Source: the human T2T-CHM13v2.0 reference genome, Homo sapiens
Reading direction: 5' to 3' (one strand)
Length of the DNA: 64,000 nucleotides
Assembly (NCBI RefSeq): GCF_009914755.1
Contig: NC_060932.1
This document shows positions 53,346 through 64,000 of the stretch, in pieces; position 1 is the first letter of the stretch, and the number at the start of each line of letters is the position of its first letter. The translations under genes were made by a program, and so were the position numbers. The notes below the pieces were generated by a model, which worked only from the letters and a program-made list of their open reading frames with translations, was not told where the DNA came from and did not search any database.

Positions 53346-54945
53346 GTTGCATTTATATACACTGAAAGGCCAGAAGATATGAATACTGGAAACGACTTCA
53401 CTCATTTCCCTTCACTCCCTGTTTTGTTTTGTTATTGACTGTGTGGTTTCTTTTTTCTTCTTCATTTAATCTTGAAGTTCTAATAAAAATATATGATTTT
53501 ACTTATCCTATTTCTTAAAGAAAAAGTCTGATAGCTATTGCTTAACTAGAGACCCTAAAGTAAATTACTGCTAAGTTTAACTAATGTCGACTTATTTGGT
53601 TACAATTACTTTTTACTGCATACTTTTGTACTATTGATCTGGAGGATTCTTATAACTCTTAAATATTTCTTTATTATTTACAGCAATTTGCCCTTTAATA
53701 AGTAAAATATGACAAGCAAAGGTTTAGATAAATAGTATACTAAGTTTCACTGTCCAAAAGAAAAATTCAACTTTACATACCATGGTGTCTTTTGGGCTGC
53801 TATTGAGACAGCCAGGTGGGAGGGTGTCCTCAGAGAAACTCCAGCCAGCCTGCCCACTGAGGTGGGGCCTCAGAAAGTTCAGGACGTTTACAGGGGAAGG
53901 AGGCTGGCCTCTCCGCTTCCTGCGTGGAACCTGGCATTCCAATGGCCGCCGGGAAGCGCTCTAGCAGGGACTCTGACCTAGCGAGGGTTCCTGTTTCCCC
54001 CTTTTCTATCTTTTCACCTAATAAAACCCTATCTCACTCACCATTCAAATTGTCAGCAAGCCTGAATTTTCATGGCCATGGGACAAAGAACCGTGTCTTC
54101 AGCTGAACTAAGGAAAAGTCCTGTAACATTTTTGGTGCCCAATGTGGGGGCTTGAGAAGTGGTGAGTGAAATGGGGACTCAAAACCTCTCACTGTTGCTT
54201 CTACGCCTTTTCAACCTCAGAATCCTGAGGGTGGGGGATACCATGCCTTTTTCTTCCTTTTACGGGACCCACCGGTGAGCAGCAGCTCCCAGCCGCTCCC
54301 CACTCCATGACAGAACAGCTCCCAGCCACTCCGCACTCCATGACAGGACTGGGACGCATGGTCCACGGGTTTGGGAGCCACTGGCAGTCCCCGCCACGTG
54401 CTGCTGCTGGAGCCCTCCCCAGCCCAGGGGTTTTACTCCCTAGGACAGTAATTGAATTAATCTCCGTGGTGGAAGAACCACTTGCCTAAGAATAAGAGGT
54501 TCTTCCCCAGGCATTTTTAAACTTTTTTTTTTTTTCCTCTTCTCTACCCCATCAGCAGTTAAGTTTTAAGCAAGTTTTTTTTTTTTTTTTAAGAAGACAT
54601 TTTACTAGGCCAGGCTCCCCAGCTATCACTGTTGATAATTTCTTTAAAGCTTTAATTGTGAAAAAGGGTTTGTGAGGCTAGTCTTGGGCTGTGGCCAATC
54701 TGGTGTGCTTTGCATGTCTGTATGGTTAGTGCTGCAAGCCTCCATCTTGTTTTACATCTTGCGGGTATGGCTGTAACCCCTTGGCAACGCTTTGCTTAGC
54801 AGTCCTGACTTACGGAATAAGCTTCTTTCTGGTTTGATACCTGCATGTTTTCCCAGCCCTGTCTCTTAAAGGGCCCCACCCAGCAACTGGGTTTTCTTCT
54901 CCCTGTGTGTGTACTGTGTGATGTGTGTCAAAAGAGCTCTAATTA

Positions 54946-55243
54946 GGCCAGGCGCAGTGGCTCATGCCTGTAATCCCAGCACTTTGGGAGGCCCAGGTGG
55001 GCAGATCACGAGGTCAGGAGTTCAAGACCAGCCTGACCAACATGGTGAAACCCTGTCTCTAATAAAAATACAAAAATTAGCCAGGCGTGGTGGTACATGC
55101 CTGTAATCCCAGCTACTCAGGAGGCTGAGGCAGAAATGCATGAACCCGGGAGGCAGAGGTTGCAGTGAGCCGAGATCACGCCACTGCTGCACTCCAGCCT
55201 GGGACAGAGCGAGACTCTGTCCTCCCCGCCCCCACCAAAAAAA
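54946..55243 (+). mobile_element. AluSg-like inside ERV
   Basis: gatcacgaggtcaggagttc; TSD ctctaatta. Confidence 0.93.
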
Positions 55244-55898
55244 ACCTCTAATTAATTTGGCCTGAAGAAAAAAGCTGTGGAACCTTTCAGTTCACGTGAC
55301 TTTAACCTTAATAAATAAAAACAGCCCTAAAGACTATTGGTAACATGCAACATGCGGGTCAGAAGCAAGGTTTGCCAGGTGTTTTGAGGTTACAAACTGC
55401 TTTTTGGGTTTTGAGAACTATTTGACATGCTGGCTTTAGATTTGATATGGCCTGGGGACATATGGAACTAACTACCCCGCAACTAAGAAGCCATACCTTG
55501 GCTGCAGTTAGCACACAATTAAAGCAACTTACCAAGTTTTACCTTGAAGTTCAAAATTGCTAGGAGTTAATTGAAACTACTAGAAATATATTTACACGCA
55601 AGGTGTATGAGAACAGTAAAATGTGTTTTTTAATCAAAGGTTATAAGAAGGTATGGAAATGTAACCTTTTGCTTAGGGTTAAAGTATTTTGAGTTAGGAA
55701 AAAGCTGAAGTTGCAAAGAAGTGGTGGAGGAATTGTGGAAATTAATCTTGCAGAAGAGCTTCTCCGTGTGAACATATCGACTATATTCAAAAAGGGTGTC
55801 ATATGGTTTTTCTGTAAATTGAGCACTGAAATAAAATCATAACAAGGTTTTCCCAAGGTGTGAATCTTCTTTTTGGCAAAATTTTTAAAGGGTTGTAA

Positions 55899-56483
<585 letters not shown>

Positions 56484-58592
56484 GATGCACAACCTTCTTT
56501 AGGTTTTATCTTGGTGAATAATGCTAATATATATTGCAAACTTATATGGGATTTCTAAAAATTCTAATGTCTGAGTATATGCTATCAATCATAATTAAGG
56601 TTTATGTTAAGATATTGTAAACAACAGAGATAACCAAACTTATTTGTCAATTGTGTTTCTAACTGCAACTACCCTGCACATTTTGCTATTCACAGACAAT
56701 TGTTGTCTTGTTTTAATCCTCTTCAAGGGTGGTTTATAATGAGTTATAGAACATTAACAGGTGCTCTCAAATACAGCCTTCTGATAACTTTAGAGATTGT
56801 AACATTGGAATAAAGGAAAATGTACAGGATTCACAAAGAGCTGAAATGTTCATGAATATCAAGCAAAACTCGAGTTAACTAAATGGACTGAACTCAGGAA
56901 GCTGAAGCGAATCTTTTTGACTTTTGTTTAGAAAATTGCTGATTCTTGTTTTGTTTTTTTTTCAGAGTCAAGGAAACTTATTTTTTAACTATTTATGACC
57001 TTTAATAATTGAGTAAGGTATACCCCCGTGATCAAAATTTGGAGTATGTTTGTTTCTCTCTGCCTGGTTCCTCTAAAATTTGGAAACTATCTGTGAGTAT
57101 CCTCGTGGCAATAAGGCTATTTGCATCAGTGCAATAAGAATCCATTTTTCTTTTGCAACAGAACACAATTGGAGAAAGTGATTATTTTACCAAGGCTTTG
57201 ACTGGATAGGTATGCTTCCCTTTAAGGTGTCAATCTAGACTTGCAGAGCCGAGAAAAGCCTCATGGAGGAAACTGGCCTCACGTCCTCATCTACGTAGTC
57301 CCTGTACAGGGTTCTTGACCTGTGGTCAGTAAAGACTGTCACTTTCTAACAGGTCTAGGAGCTCCAAGTTCATCTTGGGACTTAAGAGGAGAGAATTACC
57401 CAACTCAGGTGTTTGAGGATGCAAACCCATGGTTGTGCTCAGCTTTAAAAGGTCTTAGCTGAGATTCCTTGTGGAACAGACTTCCATCAAAGCCAAACCA
57501 AAAGGCCTCTGCAGAAATAATTATTCTTTCTGCGCTTTATGCAAATAAACAGACCAAGTGTAAGACTAAAGGCTATTTTGCAAACCACTCAGTCCTTTTT
57601 ATAATTTGGGATGTTTAAAAAAAAATACGGTCTAGAGAGAGGCAAATTATATTTCAAACTTATATATTTGTCATTAAATTCTAAACTCACTAGTTGTCTT
57701 AAGTTTTTGCCTATATTTTAGGCTAACCCTGCTTGTTCCTGTGAACCAACCAGCAACCTCTGGCTGTAGATCAGAAAGAACACGAGGGATGGGTAATGTA
57801 CAAATCCTGATCAATATTCTAGTTCTGACCAATGATCCTGCAAATCCTGCCAGGTCATGGGAATAAATAGGGTGCCCATCACTTGGCGGTTTCTTTTTGG
57901 GAAAGTAAGACCAAGGGAGCTAACCAAAGCCAAGCACAATAACACCCAAATCTTTGCAGCATAACTATAGCCACCAGCTATCTGGGTATGTCACAAGACA
58001 TCCTTTCCTCTCTCTTGTTGGAGGAGGACTCAATTTCACAATTTCACCTTAGCATTTGGCTTATGTTAAGGAATCCATGCGACACCCCCACCTCCCAAGA
58101 TACATTTTTGTCCAAGCCTCAATTCCAAGCTTCAGGTCAGAGCCCTAGGAAGGAAAACTGGGTCTAAGGGATTCAGAGGCAGATGACAACAGAGCTTAAA
58201 AGGCACAGCGCAGGTGAGCGTGGCTGATTCCTGACGATTAAGCCAACCCCAGGCTTCCTGTTTCATGGGTAAAGACCAAATTACTGTCCATGGCATAAAC
58301 GAGGTCTAGGAACGCAGAGGCTACTGACGGTAGGAAAGAGATATAGGTGAGAGCAGATAATTCCCTATTCGAGCAGAGAATTCCCTATTCTCTAGCTCCC
58401 CCCACAACCCAACCCTTGCTTCATGGGCGTGAGCTGCTTTGGTACTCATGGCAGTACCTGCCAAGGTCGCTGGAACTCGGGGATGCAAGGATGGAAGACG
58501 GAGAGAAGACGCTCTTCCCTGTCTCCATCACTTACCCCCGGTATCTGCTAGGAAGAGAAGGGAACCAGGGACACCTGTTCCCCTCTTTCTAG

Positions 58593-58665
58593 ATGGGTAG
58601 CCATTCATCTTCAGTCTGTACCCATTTCGAATGCATCCTGAACCCCTGGGACTCCTTTGAAAAGT
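58593..58665 (+). pseudogene. Retroviral gag matrix N-terminal remnant
   Basis: MGSHSSSVCTHFECILNPWDSFE resembles gammaretroviral MG..S..TPLxCILxxWDxF. Confidence 0.55.
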
Positions 58666-59106
58666 GCTTTCTTTTTCTTTTCTCCTCCTCTGTCCTTTCT
58701 TCAGTTAGGCAATTGTGTCTCCATATGACGGGACCCTCCCCTCAGATGCATCCTCCAAACTGGGAAGAGTTAATTTCCCAAACCTTAAACTAGTTGGTTT
58801 AGGATTGGGCTTGGGGGAAGGGAACCCAGAAGCTCAGCATGCTGGCAAAAGGCTGAAGTTTTTTTGTCATTCAGGCTTTTAGCCTCCCACTCCTGTGTAA
58901 ACTGGTAAAAGGCCTGGGAATTTATGAGCTGTCTTTACCCCTTGCCTTGTTTTGTTTTGATACATGTTTTCTAATAATCTGGTTTGTCTGTCTTTGCCTT
59001 CAGGCCATCAAACTCTAGTCATGCAACCATAGCCTCTAACAATGGCCCCTGCTGGGAACCCTTAAATAGGCCTCTAAGGAAGCTCTGACTGCCGCTTCCC
59101 CCAAAA

Positions 59107-59123
59107 CAGCGCCCCCTGTCAGC
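59107..59123 (-). promoter_or_regulatory. CTCF-like motif
   Basis: Minus strand gCTGACAGGGGGCGCTG matches the CTCF core with CpG retained. Confidence 0.5.
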
Positions 59124-61730
59124 AAGAAGCAGTTAAGATTGGTCTTCGCCCTTATCCCTAATCTAAGGGCAGTTAGATGTACTTCTTTAAAGGGGGAAAT
59201 GAGACAGCCAGGGAGGAGGGTGTCCTCAGAGAAACTCCAACAGCCTGCCCACTGAGGTGGGGACTTGGAAAGTTCAGGACGTTTGCAGGGGGAGGAGCCT
59301 GCCTCTTCCTGTGTGGAATCAGGGATTCCAATAGCGGGTAGGAAACTCTCTAGCAGGGACTCCAGTCAAACGAGAGTCACTGTTTTCCCCTTTTCTTCCT
59401 TTTCACCCAATAGAACACTGTCTCACTCACCTTTCAAATTATCTGTGAGCCTGAATTTTCATGGGGTGGAACAAAGAACCCTGTCTTTAGCTGACTAAGG
59501 AAAAGTCCTGCAACACTGTAACAGAGTACCCTAGACTAGGCGGCTAATAAACAACAACCATTTATTTCTTAGAATCCTGGAGACTTGAAGTCTGGGATCA
59601 GCTTTTCTTGAGGGCTTTCTTTCCAGGTTGCACACTGCTCATTTCCTGTATCTTCACATGGTGAAAAGATGGCAAGGAAGCTCTCCACAATTCCTTTTAG
59701 AAAGGTACAAATCCCATCCATAAGGGCTCCATCTCCCAATACCACAAACTAGGGGCTTCTATTTCAATGTTTCCATTCTGGGGGGATGCAAACTCTCAGT
59801 CCACTGCACATGGTTTACCATACCTAGGATTTAAGTATCTTAGTTGGCATTAACCTAGAAAAGAGTGAACTACGTAATTTCATCATAGATATTTGTTTCC
59901 AGTCGAAAATACTGCAGCCAAGTATTTAAATCTTTGTGGCCAGGAAAAAGGACATCTAAATGACACACTTCAGTTTGGATAACTGAGTGGTTTATCATTC
60001 AAAGAACGTTTTAAATGGCAATTGAAAAACTTTCTGTCAATATGATAGATGATCAGTAATTAAATTTTTTTCCATGTGCAGACTGAAGTTATTTTGTCAT
60101 AAATAATATTATATACCTGCTCTCTGACACACCTTGTCTGTGCCTGCCTGAGATCTAAAGTTTCCTGGCCACCTTGACTTTCATACATGACTTGTCTCTT
60201 CCTGCTCAAGGACACATTTGATCTACAGCTTCAATTTCATTTATTCAGTTGGTCACTTACACAACAAACCTCACTGAGCACTTCCTCTTCCCCAAAGATA
60301 TAAAAAAAAAAGGAAAAAGCACAATTTCCCAGCCTTGAATAAATCACATCTAATAGAAAAATGGATAAATGGACAACTTTCCACCCCTGCTTAGAGACCA
60401 GCTTTCCACCTCTCAGAGACCATTCTGTGACCATAACTAAAATTCTTTCTCAGTGCCCCAACTCTAAAGTGCTTTCTTCTTCAACAGACTGGGGAATTTG
60501 AAAACCCACTTTAAATGAAAGAGTCCACCAGATCATGTGTCCCTGGAATCCAGGTGACTGGGTTTTGTTTTGTTTTTTTAAACTTTCTATGCACGCTCTT
60601 TCAAAAGCAAATAGAAAAGTGTTTTATGCAGAATAGTCGATGTATTTGAACTATGCAGTGTTTTAGTATCTTTGTATATAGTCTTACAAGGGATCCATAT
60701 TACATTTCTGAGCTCCCTATAGGAATAAAAAACATCAACTAGACTTTTGATATGGACTATATAAAATGAATGAAGAAGTAAGAAATTGTGAAACATCTAT
60801 GATTCGTTTAATGCAACAAAAGAGGCACAGTTGTGTAATCCAGTGAAATGTTTTGAATAAATAAAAATTACAAAATTTAGATGATTTGGTAGCTGTGTGT
60901 ATTCTAACATTCTAAGTATTAAATTGATTATTCAGATAATATTTAGACTAACAAACAAATTATGAGGCTATCTGCAATATAAATAATGAAGAACAATAAT
61001 TTAAAACAACAGAAACAATTTTACCTAGACAAAAGATAACAAGAAAGACTTAAATGCTTCCTGTTGGAGCTGACTTTCTAGACATAGATATAATCTGCTA
61101 CCTACTCTTAATTGAAAAAAGATAAAGTAGTCTTTGAGTTAGTTCATTTTCCTGAATTATAATCATCATCGAAGTATATTTTAAAAGCTTAAAGTTGAAA
61201 GAGATTGTGCAGGGTAAAAGAATCCAGTCCCAATTCCCAGCAGAGTTACTCAACCCTAGAAAAAAGTGTCTCATGCTTGAGTAGCTGGAAACAGATCTAG
61301 AAACATAAATACCCTTTTCCATATAAAGTGTTTTATTGCATTTTATTTAATTTTATCAGGCACAGGAAATAATATGTTGCTCCCTGTGCAATGATGGAAG
61401 CACCCACTGAAAGGACACCAGCCCTTCAGAGTCCCTGTGCTCTGAAAATCACTCAAAGTCTAAAAGCTACTTCTCTTTTTAGCTGGAGATCCAACTGGGT
61501 ATTATGTAGAAATTCAATTAAGTTCAGATTTCTCTGCAGCCATAAAGTTTATTCCTATGAATTAGAAGTTCTTCTGATTTCACTTTGGATAATTTTTGCC
61601 TCTTAATCTTATTAGCATGTGAGCCCTTGATCCTCTTCCTTTTTGAATAAAGTGGATATCAAGCCTGTTGTAGATGATTTGCATGCAATCTCAGATGTGG
61701 TATGTGTCGAATAGTACATCTCGGTCTCAC

Positions 61731-61992
61731 CTGTAGGGACACCTAGTAAAACCTTCTCTCAATTCCATCTAAAATCATGAGCAACTGCATATTCATTGCC
61801 AAACGAGCTGTCTTCACCTAAATGGCTTGTAACCTATATTCAGAGGTCACTGACAGCCAAGTCAATTGAACAGAGTGCCTTCTCACTCCATTGAAAGGTA
61901 ACAGGAGCCCTTGATCCCTTCAACATTATTTGTGCCAGCAAAGAGAACTAATAACTTGAAAACAGAGATTTCTATGTGAAAAATGCCAATTT
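61731..61992 (-). other. Candidate non-coding exon
   Basis: Minus strand gcttaac..ttttgttatttgttttgtgtag|AAA ... ACAG|gtgaga. Confidence 0.4.
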
Positions 61993-62059
61993 CTACACAA
62001 AACAAATAACAAAAGCCCGTTAAGCAAAATAGAACTATTCAACATTATATTTTACTTAG

Positions 62060-62382
<323 letters not shown>

Positions 62383-63049
62383 TAGAAATCAAATGTTTTA
62401 TGTAATGACTAGTGAAAAAGAAAACACCCACTAGAGAGTAGGAGTCAGGAAACTAAGCAAACCATTTAACCATTCTAAGTCTCAGAATATTTATAAAAAA
62501 TTAAAATCTAAAGTTTTTCCTTCAATTTACATGGTCAACTTCATTTGTATTAACGAAATACCAAAGAAACTCTTGTCAAATATCAAAAGGAGTGACTTCC
62601 TAACCAATACACTTGGTCTTGGAGTCTATTAAAAAATCTTCCTGGGATAGAATTTTACCTTTATCAACATGCGTAGAAACATTTTCATAATGCGCTTTAC
62701 TGCTTCAGACATTTGGCAAAAGTAGATACTTTAAAAAATTATGCAATACCACAAACAAGATTTTACCTGAATTCTTCATAGCAATATATAAATGGGTTGT
62801 TCTATTGATGTATAAAGATGTATATACAAAGAGGAAAATAAAAACTTAATATGGAAAACGTATTAATACTAGTTAAATCCAAAGAAGTCATTACGAGATT
62901 TCATTTTAAATTGACTATTCTGAACTTTTTTGGATAACAATGTTGTGATAATTCACTAATTATAACATTCAAACATATAAGTCCTCGACTTTTAAATTCT
63001 CACTGTAGTCTAAGGGGTTGTGTGCAGACTTAAGAAAAAGGCAGTAAAT

Positions 63050-63420
63050 CCAGTATTGAAAAGCCCAGGCTTGCCACTGTAAGCCTGACTTACTATTTGT
63101 GTGACCTTTAGCAATTTTTTAAAATGTATTGTAATAAAAAACATATAACATGGAATTTACCATCTTAGCCATTTTAAAGTGTACAGTAGAGTAATTTTAA
63201 AAATATTCACATTATTGTGAAACAGATCTCCAGGAATTTTTCATCGTGCAATTTTGAAACACTGTACCCACTGGAGCAACGTTTAACTTATTTAAGTCTC
63301 AGTTTTCTCATCTATAAAAATGGATGATGATAGCACCATTTATGACTAAATGAGACAGTTTCTATAAAGCCTATAACATAATACCTGGCACATATCTAGG
63401 GCTCACTGAATGTAGAGAAT
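63050..63420 (+). mobile_element. MIR interrupted by minus-strand L1MB 3' end (~63115-63275)
   Basis: tgtgtgacctttagcaa|L1|...ctcagttttctcatctataaaaatgg; agcaa repeated at both junctions. Confidence 0.75.
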
Positions 63421-63690
63421 TATTACATGAGTGTCTTTAATTGCATATTAAATGGAGGAGTGCCTTGTATATTATAATATGTAGTATGATTTCACAAAAT
63501 ATGTGTAAATTAAAGCTTTTAAGATGCATTTTTAAAAGCTCATTTTATGTGGTATTCTTGAAGATTCATTTTAAAATGATTCTTGGTAAGACACAGAACA
63601 TTCCCTAATGTCTATGTCTTGTAAAGTTGGAATGGTCATCAGGCAGTTTTTAATTGGCATTTTCTCAGACTCAAGTTCTTCGTTAGCAGA

Positions 63691-63954
63691 TTCATTCATT
63701 TATTTAGAGACACCACCCAGGCTGAAATGCAGTGGTGTGATCATGGCTCACTGCAGCTTTGACCTCTAGGGCTCAAGTGATCCTCCTGCCTCAGTTGGGA
63801 GCATAGGCATGCACCACCACACCTGGCTAATTTTTTTATTTTTAATAGAGGCAAAGTCTCACTACATTACTGGTCGCAAACTCCTGGGCTCAAGCAATCC
63901 TTCCACTTCAGCCTCCCAACGTACTGGGATTACAGGTGTGAGCCACTGCACCCG
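63691..63954 (-). mobile_element. AluJ with internal deletions
   Basis: gatcatggctcactgcagc, reverse orientation, (TTCA/TTTA)n tail. Confidence 0.88.
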
Positions 63955-64000
63955 TTATACTTTATTTAAACATTCTTTTTAGTGTGCACTTCAGTTAAGG

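Noticed and set aside
53804-54128. p53 response element known from some MER61 subfamilies
   Set aside because: No intact RRRCWWGYYY pair visible in either LTR
62659-62801. Two-exon coding join (TTHLYIAMKNSVKRIMKMFLRMLIK)
   Set aside because: Requires a 67-nt intron with no pyrimidine tract; peptide unrecognised

Overview
Primate, most likely human, AT-rich non-coding genomic DNA. The human call rests on a near-pristine AluYg6-lineage element at 62.1 kb. I cannot support any protein-coding gene, tRNA, rRNA or CpG island. The longest ORFs in the track come from Alu, THE1-int, MER21 or MER61 sequence. Much of the window is transposable-element remains: about 25 Alu/FAM copies, two LTR-internal-LTR proviruses (THE1D-like at 26.7-29.1 kb, MER61-type ERV1 at 53.8-59.5 kb), solo LTRs (MER51, MLT1, THE1, MER66-like, MER34/39-like, MER21, MST), MER58A and MER1B DNA transposons, and L1M/L2/MIR fragments, several of them nested. 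Several acceptor/donor pairs in unique sequence hint at spliced lncRNA(s), mostly on the minus strand. The most unusual observation is a tail-less inverted copy (50810-50930) of a privately rearranged Alu located about 3.5 kb upstream (47240-47348). It looks like a locally templated repair insertion rather than retrotransposition. I found no convincing new multi-gene system. Subfamily names are recalled from memory of consensus sequences and need RepeatMasker/Dfam confirmation. The locus could not be identified.
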